A stretch of 64,000 nucleotides of DNA from Balanoglossus misakiensis (lineage: Eukaryota; Animalia; Hemichordata): assembly GCA_040954595.2 (NCBI GenBank), contig CM082587.2, forward strand, positions 186,001-250,000, given 5' to 3'. Every line of letters begins with the position of its first letter. The first letter of the stretch is position 1. A program made the position numbers and the translations under genes. Under the pieces are notes generated by a model, which searched no databases, had not been told where the DNA came from, and worked only from the letters and a program-made list of their open reading frames with translations. This document shows, in pieces, positions 12,101 through 23,140 of the stretch.

Positions 12101-15100
12101 TCACCTTGTGGGAAACTGATTTCACTGCCGACGAATTTCTCCATTGTACTACAGTGCACATGCGAGGCACACCAGACAAAAAAATCGATAACGCTATTCA
12201 ACAATTTAGCATAAATGTATAAAAACAATAGAAGCAACACCCAAGAAAAGTCCACAGCTGCAAAACGCAGACTGAACGAACAAGCAGCACAAATCTTATC
12301 CCGCAATGCCACCAATGTAAACGGAAATTAAGTCGGACTGAGGTCCACACAATTGTCAAGCCTTAGTGAATGGCGAACCTTGGACCAAACAGCCAACTCA
12401 ACGGTAGCGTAAACGTAGCACGATCGAGCCTTGACGGCGTAGACCGGTCCGTTACAAGTCCTGGTTCGATTTACCTTGCTCACGGCAGAACGTGCGCTAA
12501 CAGATGTGCTGGAAAATGCAGTATAAACTGCCAACCGACCGACCTGAGCGTTGCGCTCACACAAATACCAAGAAAAACCTCGGAATTACGATCCGTAGAC
12601 AACTAAACCTCTCAGAGATTACAGAAAAGTGTTCCCACAAACGTGGAGAAAGGTTTGAACGAAAATATAAGAAAGATAGAGGTAAAGTACGAATTCAGAT
12701 CACTACACACGAGAGCACGATGCTCCCAGTTCAACCGCCATGTCTCGTCTGGTTTTGAATGACGAGTGGAATCACTATATATACAAGCAACAAGCCCACG
12801 TGATACAAGCTCCGCCCCCCCCCCCCCCCCCCCCAATCGTGGAAGATTTAGTTTCTCCTGCTATGGGATGTCTCAGTCTGAGAATCAGGAAAAAGTTGCA
12901 TTTCTTGAGATACGAGTCTTGTGTGCGGCGTTGACCTAGCAATTCCGTGACAGTATTACTACTGTCACTTTGCGCAGGCGCAGTTAGAATCCAATTATCG
13001 ATCACAATTATTTCAATTCTGGACTTCAGATGAGTCCTGGACGTTTATTTTAATGTATCGTTCACCTATTCATAACCTATAATTCCGTCTATTTCGTGTA
13101 TTATTTTTGCAAACGGGAAAATAATCTATTCTGACATGATTGATATTTTCTGCCATTTTACCATAGGGTATGGAAGGAAGACCAGGCGAAAAGGGCGACA
13201 GAGGAGATGATGGTTCTAAAGGAGATGCTGGCCCATCTGTATGTACTATCTTATTAGGCACACACAGCCAACATACCTGACAGACAGACAGACAGACACC
13301 TAGCCTTCATGGCGACAGGAACACACAATACATATATTTTTGAATCTGTATGGTGTCTATTTTAAATGTTTTAGTCCAAAAGTCTAAAAACCTCAGAAGT
13401 AAGCAAGAAATTGGCCTCAGGTTTTGGATGGAGAATAAAATGATTAGCCGGTCGTGACTAGTTTTTTTTCTATTTTTTTTCTTGTTCTTTTTCTTCTACT
13501 CTAGGGACCACCTGGACCACCGGTAAGTATCAAAATTAATATTATGTTTCATACATTCGATATCCTGAGTAAATTGTGTATTTAAATGTTTGCAAGAAGG
13601 CTATTCAATAGATGAATGTGATTTTGAGAAGTTAGAATAAAAGTTGGACGGCGATTGCATACATCGCATTGCAGCTTCAAATAGAGAAATGCATGGTGAA
13701 GAATAATAACATTGTCACTTGCAGAAAGAATAGGCCGATATTTCCATTGCCGAGAGACATTAAATCTCAGTAATTACTAACGAATATTTTAGAAAAATGT
13801 TCGTGTAACGTTGTTTTCTTTTGTTTTATTTTAGGGACCTCCGGCTACCATAGAGGTAAGCTATGTTAAACTGCCATCCATGAAACACTCCCACCAAAAT
13901 AACTCACACTACAGATCAATATGCAGAAGAGTGCAAATTAAGAGAGGACATCCACGTGGCATAACTGTGACAGTCGCTTTGTAAACGAAAAGTCCGAACT
14001 CAGTTTTGGCGGTATCATCGCTCTGGTTGTGACCTGTGAGTGCGCCCTCACAGTCAGTACAAAATTAGATTTTCGAACAAAGTCTAAAGTATATGACATA
14101 CATGTACCAAGGTTGTGGAATTTCTGTAATTTCAAATCAGTAATCATTGAATTATCACATCTTCAAATCAGAACTATCAACAGCTGGTGGACATGGGATT
14201 AGTGGGACTGACCAGTGATATGCTAAGAGACGAGGCTGAGAGACGGAGACGGAACGCCGGAGAAGACAACGGCCTGCCGCCCGATTACGCTGACGGTCTG
14301 GCAGAAATCTTTGGTTCATTGGAAGCCCTGAAGATCGAAATTGAGCAGATGAAGAAGCCAGTTGGAACAAGGTTTAACCCAGCTAGAACATGTAAAGATC
14401 TTTACATGTGCCATGAGAATTTTCCAGATGGTAAGGGAATCATCAGTAATCTCTTTTATTCTTCATCGAATATATTGTCAAAGGAATGAAGATTTCCTGA
14501 TGTAATTGTTAACAACAGTTTCTCGATAATCGGTGTAGTGAGTTACATAAATCAGCCCCACCCTCTTTTTACTGGTAGGTATGTATTGGATAGATCCAAA
14601 CCAAGGTTGTATCAAAGATGCCATTGAAGTGTACTGCAATTTTACTGCTGGAGGTGAAACTTGCGTCATGCCAGATGAAGACACAAAATCGGTATGAGAT
14701 ATAAATCCCTTATTTATTTATTTATTTATTTTTGATCACTTTATTTTTAGCTTTAGTTAATGACTATTCCCCGTGAAGGCAATGATGTCAATCAAGTTCA
14801 AAGTCATCATGAATCACTAAATAAGTTAAGAAAATTCCTTTGAAATTTGCGCCTTTTCTATGACAAAATGGTGATCTTTGCCGAATATACGATGTCGAAA
14901 TCATGTTTTTATGCGCCTTGATTTGCTGCCTATACTCCTGACTTATCGTATTCTCTACACTATTGCGGGAGTTTTGCTCATTTGTACTGGCGTCAGTCAC
15001 TGCAGTCATCGGATAACATTGAAACTAATACTTATAACCCATCTCCAAAACGTCAAAATCAGGGATGAGTTTTAAGGGAAAAACTTGTCAGCGCGATTAG

Positions 15101-18100
15101 TCGACGCCATCTGCTGTAAGCACATGCGTGGCTTATGTGTTTGTGCAAATGCTTTGATATTGGGTTTTTAGGGTTCTTGGTGTGTTCCCATTAAAATGTT
15201 GTCGCAAATATCACAATTGTGTTATTTGGGGTAAGGGTCAAGAGAGGATCAGATTCTGTTTACTCTGTTTCATCAAATACGTTCTATAATCATTATATTC
15301 AAGGTAAGCGAATTACTAGATTTACGAAACAAATAAAACAAATACGAATCTGTTGCTTTTGCCTCTGCACATTACAGGTAATTTGGTAGATGCACGCCTG
15401 GTCTCTAGTTGATGTGGGTCAGCAAGGGACTAAAACGTGTCTCCAAATTTTGTTTTGACTTTTGATTTACTTTTCCAAACCTAAGCATAAAATATTCAGT
15501 TTATCAATGCTTTGGTCATACATCAAACGTTTCTGCACTAAAGTTTGTGCTAGGCAGCTATGTATAGTTAGCCTTCACGTTTGCAAATCCTTACAAGTCG
15601 AATCATGTGATGTCAGCTTAATAAAAGTAAACAATGACGTCATGATGGAATGTTGTCCAACCATAATCTTATTCCATTGAGACGGCGTTCTCTTTTTCAA
15701 TCCTATATAAAGTCACGTCATCTTTTCATGCAACCAGACTGTCCGTCTCCATGCTTGTTTATGCTTTAATTTTCTCTTATTTGAAACGATCCAAACCTGT
15801 TTGTTTTTTCCGTTTTTCGTTTTCTCAATTTTATCTACAGCTCAGGGCGTCATCCTTCGCTGATGCTGATGGTGATGATGATTCTTCGGTAGTAAACTTA
15901 AGCTGTTTTCATATATTTACTTTTTTTTCATTAACACACTAAGCTTTCTTTGAAAGGGGTAGACATGTTTTGCATCCCATGCTCATTCGCTATCATAACA
16001 ACGTAAAATATCCGTTTTCTTATAGAAGTAATGTTTTGTTTTATTGCCGCTATTTCTTTCCTCTTATTCTCAAACCTCATAGCTTTTCTTTAAACATTGG
16101 GGGGACGTCAGAATATTGACTTTGGCCACACACTTTCCCACAATTTTAAGTAGAAGATGATAAGCGAACAACTCACGCTCCGCTTCATCTTACCGCTCAT
16201 TAAAAGCATTATTTAAAACGTATTGTAACAACCTTACGAGGTCCACAGCTTTTTATCTGTTATGCTACACCTTGTATTATTGCAAAAAAAAATGAAACAG
16301 CACGAACCTTGGCATGTTGTGATGTCTACACACCAACTGCTAGTATCATTTGCTCAATGTATGATTTTCCATATAATTTAAAGTATCGTTATAGTTTTGT
16401 TTAAGTTGACAGCTAATCACATGGTATCGCTTCATAGATCAACATCCTCATATCATTTTTTGTCGTTCCAAATACATCTATTTCCTGCATTGGTTATTGT
16501 TGTGCCCTTCAACCCGAATGTCATACAAACCTTCTACTGACACGTCATCGCTGCCTCATTCACATTGCTACAGACTTCATTTCAACCATAATGACTCCAG
16601 GGCCTCAACCCAGAATGAGACCGACTTTGTCTCCGACAATTCGCCAAGCAGTCTATACAGGACTTTTCTCTTTATTTCTGTTGTAAATTAATATACAAGT
16701 TCCAAAGCTGAATTTTGTCACGATAAAGGACAGAACGTGTAACAGCTAGAGAATTTAAATTCTTCATTATCATGTTTCCACGCGTTGCTTTTAACTTTCT
16801 AATTTTACATCAGTTGCAGAGCTTGTTGCCTGCGGCGAGTATAACTCTTGAAAGTGGCCCTGGTTTCTGATTTAAGTTCGATTTTTCCCAACACATTGAT
16901 TATCTTATTTTGCTCCGAACTCTGTACCTACACATGGTCCTAGCGGTTCCCTACCTTTGGTAGAATCATTGGACCGCTGGGTCTATCACTAGTCTTTGTT
17001 CTCGTTTCATGCTCAGTCCTATCTCCGATCCTAGTTTTAAAAAACGTGTCTCTAAACGTACGTACGTACGTATGTATGTACGTATGTATGTATGTATGTA
17101 TGAATGTACGTACGTACGTACGTACGTACGTACGTATGTATGTATGTATGTATGTATGTATGTATGTATGTATGTATGTATGTATGTATGTATGTATGTA
17201 TGTATGCATATATGTATGTATGAGTGTGTATTGTTTCCTTGTTGATTGATTGATTGACTGACTGACTGACTGACTGACTGACTGACTGACTGACTGACTG
17301 ACTGACTGACTGACTGACTGACTGACTGACCGACCGACCGACCGATCGGTCGGTCAGTCGGTTTGTGAGTGGGTGGGTACGTGTGTTATGCAGTCATGTG
17401 TTCTTCAACATCATGAGATTTCGCATTCCTGCTAGAATATTCAGGGCACGCATTCACGTCCATGTCTTGCGCAGTAAGGCATAAGAATAGTGAATGTGTT
17501 TTATCAGTAAAAGTCCTACACCATGTGAAATTTAAATTGTTTTGTGAACCCCTCCCTTGACAAGCTTTTCGCGGTTTTACATTCAATACACCGAAACAAC
17601 ATACGCTTCTTGGTCCAATTTTCAAATATAATCGCCTTATGTTTGTTCTGTAGAGATCACTATAAAAAGTGAGTGAAGCAGACCCGTTGAAACAGTCTTG
17701 CGTCGTGAAGTGCTTTACCCCTTTTCTTTTGTATTTCAGTCCTCCAAGATATCTATATGTCCGTCTCCGTAGGAGTTTTCAGTAAATTGGGTATGGGCAG
17801 GAGAAATGTTGGACCTAAAATTTCCCCTTTTGGGATAAACTATGATGCTCGACGATTGTTTCCGACCTATTGATCGTGAGCTAAATGCACCGTCTTCTAG
17901 TTTTACTAAATGACCAATTTCGAAATAGAAAAGACGGCCATGAAAATGATATCATGTTACTAAATTTAAAGTATGACCGTTGATATTTTTCCAGCCCACC
18001 CAAATTATTTGAACTCTCCCTAACCGACTTGGTACATGTCTCTCGATTGTTGACTTTACACAAATCTTTTTACTTCTTAAACGATGCGTGTTTCATTGAT

Positions 18101-19654
18101 TGTAGGCAAACCCGAAAGGTTACCGCAAGGCACGTAAAGGTGAATGGTTCAGCGAATTCAAGCAGGGATTCCAGGTTGGTAATTTTACAGGCTTATGGGC
18201 TACCAGGTATATAGTCAATCATTGATGGAACTCTAGATATACTGGACTATATAGATGAAATTATACCTCACACCATTGTACGAAATAAAGCCTGTCCGAC
18301 AGTCCGAGACTGGTTGTTTTTCTGTAGGACTGGTAAAAATAAAATGTTACCAGTCCGACAGACAGGTTGAATTTAGCATGGGAGTTAACCAGTGGTATCA
18401 TGACATCTGTTAGACTTTCCCCAGTTCATGTATTGCAAATAAAAGAAACAATGATGTAAAAGCTTGAAAATTATCAAATCAAAGTAATGTAAAGAGAAAG
18501 ATAATTCCATCCCACCTTCAATTGTTCACAGATAAGGTAATAGCTTCTCAGTTGTATTTGATTACGTTTAATTTTAAGGCATAATATCAGGACTGGTAAG
18601 TTTTTGGCAGGACTGGCAACTTTTTGAAGTTGCCAGTCCTGGTGACTGGTTGATATTTCCTATGAATTTCGAACACTGCTCACACAGTTTGTACCTCGAG
18701 TGTTTCATGTCAATTGCTTGTTAATTTGCGTAAGATAATATTTTTCATCAAAACAACGGAGCTAGTGCATCCAGTCCATACCTGCTGTGTATATAGTATA
18801 CTCGCGTACTATACACAGGAAGCTCAGGGTCTTGTTCGAACACAAATGACAAAGAACCCATTAAAAGATGTCTCCAGAAATGGAATCCAGAAACATATAA
18901 TCGGAATGGTTTTGTGAAATGGGCTGCATATGGTAGAGTCATTATTTTATTTGTCTTTTTCGAAGACAAGTGAGCACATCAAACTTCTGAAGGAAAACTA
19001 ATAAAAAATCATTGACCATATTGGCTAAAATGTGTCTTTTTGACAGATTACCTATTCCGACGTTGGTGTTGTTCAAATGACATTCCTGCGCCTGCTCAGC
19101 GCCTCGGCTCGGCAGAATTTTACCTATCACTGCTTCAATTCAGCCGGATGGTATGATAAAGCAAACGATAATTACGATTCAGCGGTGTCGCTAATGGGGG
19201 CCAACGAAGAAGAATTCGCTTACGGAACAGCTCATGTACCAGATATAATAAAAGATGGCTGCAAGGTTAGTCTGGCCCGTAGAAATCCACAATTCTGTTT
19301 AGTCTCAATATTCTCGAAAATTATACTTTGTATCTAAGATTTATGAAATAACGAGTGTGAATGTTATCACATATGAATTTTTGGACCTTATTTTCATCCT
19401 TTTTTTCACAATTTGTCCGTAAAAATCCACTAAAAAGGATCAACGTCATGAATGACGTAGCTTCTGTCTCTAACTTGTGTACTGAAAATGATTTTGTTTC
19501 ATGCCAACAGGATAGACCTAAAAAGAGCAGAACAGTCTTTCAAATCGAAACCTCGAGACTTAATCAACTGCCGATCATCGACTTCATGCCCGGCGAGTTC
19601 GGAGGAAATGACCAACGTTTTGGGTTTGAAGCTGGTCCCATCTGTTTCGATTAG
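187..19654 (+). CDS. Fibrillar collagen alpha chain, clade B (type V/XI-like); 3' portion only, 5' end lies upstream of the window
   Basis: Phase-0 Gly-X-Y exons of 54/108 bp with GT-AG ends: 187-240, 434-541, 697-750, 896-1003, 1436-1489, 1738-1791, 1956-2009, 2180-2233, 2595-2702, 2944-3051, 3401-3454, 3873-3980, 4201-4254, 4528-4581, 4716-4769, 5098-5205, 5341-5394. Then 13167-13238, 13505-13522, 13835-13855. COLFI C-propeptide exons at ~14172/14184-14430, ~14579-14691, 18106-18174, 19049-19265, 19511-19654 ([49 protein letters not shown]). The furin-type RRRR|N site and the 23-aa WFSEFK exon are typical of alpha1(V)/(XI). Confidence 0.95.
5432..5925 (-). pseudogene. Gypsy gag fragment joined by deletion to a reverse transcriptase N-terminal fragment
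   Basis: [21 protein letters not shown]/(frameshift)[26 protein letters not shown] is a retrotransposon gag signature. It runs directly into [36 protein letters not shown]...[35 protein letters not shown] (Gypsy RT motifs). Protease and YxDD are missing. Confidence 0.9.
7255..7272 (-). promoter_or_regulatory. Primer-binding site, tRNA-Leu-like; repeated in each full unit
   Basis: TGGTGGCATTGCGGGATA immediately after the LTR CA resembles TGGTGGCAGCGGTGGGAT, the complement of a tRNA-Leu 3' end. The tRNA identity is inferred. Confidence 0.7.
7274..7898 (-). repeat. LTR (~625 bp), representative copy; others at 8539-9163, 9804-10427, 11068-11675, 12316-12952, partial ~6225-6633
   Basis: TG...CA ends with an imperfect terminal inverted repeat (TGTCACGGAATT / AATTTCCGTTTACA) and a PBS 1 nt after the CA. 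On the minus strand it contains a GC box (GGGGCGGAG), an E-box (CACGTG) and TATATATA. Confidence 0.8.
17057..17345. repeat. Compound tetranucleotide microsatellite (TACG/TATG)n-(GATT)n-(GACT)n-(GACC)n
   Basis: Directly visible. It generates the spurious YVCM/HTYI ORFs. Confidence 0.97.
18274..18678. mobile_element. Non-autonomous DNA transposon (hAT-like MITE)
   Basis: TIRs CATTGTACGAAAT / ATTTCGAACACTG (2 mismatches), flanking direct repeat CTCACAC on both sides, and subterminal GGACTGG/CCAGTCC repeats. Confidence 0.7.
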
Positions 19655-19852
19655 TTAGTCTGATCACAGCAGCACATACCAAGCAACATCTGGAATGTGT
19701 GTGCAAACTACTCTTTATAAATGACATTAAGTATTTTTAAACTGCTGAAAATATTTCTATTTTGATAGTATAGGCTTATCTTTTTCATGGAACTTTTCAG
19801 CGAATCTATGCAAAGTTCACGAACGATTCAATCAAGGAATGATGATTTCGAT

Positions 19853-20263
19853 TGGTGCTAAAGGTCACGTGGTTACCATTCTCTTCTGGAGATCTGGTTA
19901 ATATCACGTCCGTTTTATATTTTAATTTTTTCTGTATAATTGGTGCTCTTAGCAGTATGTAGGGTTTAGTCATTCTAGTAACATACTGTCAAGTTTTTTT
20001 TATTTTTTTCTTGTTGTGAAATTTTGGCATTTTAAGTCTAGTTTTATTTGGTGCTATTGACCAATGGTCAGCTGAAATATCCCATGTGTTTACCGTAAAA
20101 AATATCATCGCAACTTAACAATGTCTGCCATTCAATAGTCTATCATTACAACCTCATACGCCGTTTTATAGTATTTGTGTATTTTGCATCATTTTGTATC
20201 AATATTTGATATTTTACAGCTTATTAATTAACACACCGTTAGTACGGTGTTATAAAGGTGCTA
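19853..20263 (+). promoter_or_regulatory. Cluster of four miR-29 seed matches in the collagen 3' UTR
   Basis: TGGTGCTA at 19853-19860 and 20049-20056 (8mer), TGGTGCT at 19941-19947, GGTGCTA at 20257-20263. Confidence 0.7.
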
Positions 20264-21410
20264 AAACGTGGACAAACTTATTTTCCCCGGCAACAAGTTT
20301 TAGATATTTTTAATTAATTGGTTCTGCGGATGATTCACAGGGTATCACTGAAATGAAAATGTTGCCAGTCCCGACCTCATGGGCAACGGAGTACCTCAAT
20401 TTAGAAAAAAAGTTTCTGGCGATAAACCATGTCTTCACACTTTATTTTGCCCACATTTGTGGCAACTTCCCACGTCTCCTCAACTAACCTTGCTACAAGT
20501 GAATAGAGAGATAGACATGTTGCCATGCAATTCAGACCAGTGTTTTTCGCCCGTCGTATCTATATTAAAGCGCATGCAAGGTGCAGGCAAAAACACAATT
20601 ACAAATTTCCTGCGAAAGATCGTGACAATTGTAATGCGAATAATTCCCCAGGAGAAATTGAATTTTGTCGGATGTTGTTTCTCACCCATTAATTGATAAA
20701 ACTGTTAATATCAGATATCAGTCTGGCAAATCGCTCTGTTCACTTGATAGCTGGGTGTTGTGTTTTGACTGAAATGACTGATGGAGATTTTAATAAGCTT
20801 ACGCATTTCAAGATCCTGATATCCCCATCGACTGGTTTGTCTGGATACAGTTTATTAGACTAACTTTAGTGTGTAGCAACCATGCACTGAATGGTGGAAT
20901 ACGAACTCGCCCCCATCGACTGACTGTGATATAACCTAGGATTCGGCAAAAACTGTACTTAATTGGAAACTTTGAACTTAATTCGCCAAGTTTAAGGTTA
21001 AAGGCTACACCAAAGGAGAAATAAATCATAATATTGCTTACTTTGCTGTTTTGAAGAGTGTTGTTCATAAATTGAGAATGCATTGTATTTTCTGTATGAA
21101 TGGTGGATAAATAATGCCTGCTTTAATATTATACGATGTTAGTATTTTAAAACAGTTACACTTAACTTCATATTTGGCTTTTGAGAAATTGTCACATTTT
21201 ATAACAAATGTCTTAGACTTGTTTTCTGAGATTTTTAGGGCGAATTAAGATGTCACTTATTCTGTCTAATCGAATATGAATGTAATCCCGCATTTCGTGT
21301 GTGGGGGGCATGGAATTTCACCCAAGCTCTTTACAGTGTAGCCGTCTATGAACGTCACATCTCGATACACTTACTTACTATGTGCCTTGGAATATTGTCT
21401 TAGTTCAACC

Positions 21411-21465
21411 AATAAATTGTCTCTTTCACTTGAATATATTATTATGGATAGCGATTTTTAATAAA
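21411..21465 (+). terminator. Candidate collagen polyadenylation signals
   Basis: AATAAA at 21411 and 21460, about 1.8 kb after the stop codon and before the next gene's promoter. Confidence 0.4.
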
Positions 21466-23140
21466 AACGATTTTGACATTTTCCCGTGGAGATGATTGGT
21501 GATGATAGCGACCCCTTTAATTGAACTGGTGTGATAGATATCTATGACGTCATATTAGCCTACCTCAATTGCTTACCTCAATTCGATACCGACCCACAAA
21601 TGCAATCATGGTTGCTTATTGATCGGCGCCTGCGCATTAGAATATCGTCGGGCAATTTGTCGTTGCTATTATTTGACCTGGGCAAGCTTTTAAGCGTCTG
21701 GCCTCCATCTTTGGCTATTCGGCAAACAGGTGGTTTTTTATCTTAACAGGGATCTTTCCCGTCTATAAAGGTAGGTATTTGGTGATAGAAATTGCTCTAT
21801 GTGAAATATTTGCTCTGAAATTACCGATTGCGGTTTCAAAAGCTTAAGTCTTACCAGGTTCCATTATTTTCCAAGTTAGCGGAACCGACTCTGATTGCTG
21901 TACCATGTTGAAGCTGCTTTAAATTATCAGAACATTACAATTCGTAAACTTAAGCCATGAATGGAAAAAAACTGGGAGCAATGTATGTTTAAAAACGGGG
22001 CTTCTTGCAGACAAGTTTTATTTTTTACAAATAATTGCCATGTTTTCTTTGACATTCGTGGTCGAGTGTATTATGTTTTTTTTTTCTTCAAAAAACGGGC
22101 ACATTACGCGTAATTTGACTCACCAACGATTTTCGAGTAACATGCAAGAAATAGAACAGTGAAAGACAGTTGGAGAAACAGCGTCAGCAGATTGCTGCAG
22201 GATAAGAATGTCAGTTTGCACGTAACATGTCATGTATGTCACTTTGAAGGCATTGTTGTGTAGCGTGGGTTGCTGCTACGCAACGCCAGTGCCTATAAAC
22301 ACAGTGTAGCAAGTATTATGGTCCTTAATCTGTCGGGTACATTGGATCGCAATTTCAAGTTAGTCTTTGTATTTCTCTCTATAAATACCTCGATTTTTCT
22401 CACAAAACATTATATTTAAGATAAATCACGCAAAATATGTCTTGCAGCGACGTCGATCCACCAAATGTCTTCGGGTGGTTGTGTTGGTATGTGCATAAAT
22501 AATTTGGCTGTTCAATAGTGGCACTGGGCTGTTAACAGATGCAAGCAACAATTACCACAGCTCGCTGTCTTATCGACGTCCATTAGTCAACATGTAATGG
22601 AGTCGTTTAGATTCATGAATTTCAACTGCGTAAGGTACTACAAATGCAATAATGAACACATTGTTACCTATTTCAATGGTAACAAACAACACGTTGGCCC
22701 TTTGACTTCGACCCCCTTTTCAAACCCAGACCTATGCAGAATGGCCGCTTGTCATTCATGGGTCAACGAATCCAGTGTAACAGAGAACGTCCTACTGCAA
22801 CACAGCCACGCCTTAGAATTCATGCTCCAATACAATGAACACCTGTTGATCTGAATACGAAGTAGGCCCACATTTACTGTACCTGCCATTGTCAATTCCG
22901 ATACAAATCTGATTTTATTAAAACATATTTTGCTTTGAACTGGTGAGTGCCAGAAATCCACTCATGCGCCTAAATCGGACCCCCACATATATAAACTTTG
23001 TATATCGAGCTGAATTCACACATTGAAGCAAATTTGACATAAGAGTTATTTTAAGCTATTAATAGAGAAGGTGGTCGTTGTGTGATGTATCATAGGAATT
23101 CTTACGCTTCTCTTTATCGTTATCGACAGCTCACATCATC

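Larger units (their letters stand above)
5432..12952 (-). mobile_element. Degenerate, internally deleted, 3'-truncated Ty3/Gypsy LTR retrotransposon in a collagen intron, with its 5' part tandemly amplified
   Basis: Minus-strand order is LTR (TGTCACGGAATT...AATTTCCGTTTACA), PBS, gag start (MEKFVDSE...), gag core, RT N-terminus. No 3' LTR, RNase H or integrase seen. Confidence 0.88.
6131..13114. repeat. Head-to-tail tandem array of a ~1265-bp unit (5 full copies plus 1 internally deleted copy)
   Basis: Units start (tatcagcttgccc) at 6131, 6796, 8061, 9326, 10590 and 11838, and the array ends at 13114. Copies are nearly identical. Copy 1 lacks ~600 bp, copy 5 lacks ~17 bp, and the poly-C tract varies from 7 to 20 nt. 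Confidence 0.97.

Noticed and set aside
6182-13005. Many repeated 60-126-aa ORFs in the array
   Set aside because: They are chance frames in LTR and leader sequence, repeated only because the DNA is repeated. Only MEKFVDSE... is plausibly the gag start, and it hits a stop.
6131-13114. Array as a Helitron or TRIM tandem, or as a CRISPR-like array
   Set aside because: The junction falls inside gag and host flank, not at TC/CTRR or LTR ends. There is no PPT or second LTR per unit and no unique spacers.
16574-16660. Further candidate collagen cassette exon after ctacag
   Set aside because: In-frame TAA within six codons and no good donor.
16940-17249. ORFs with HTYI/YVCM repeats
   Set aside because: Translations of a tetranucleotide microsatellite.
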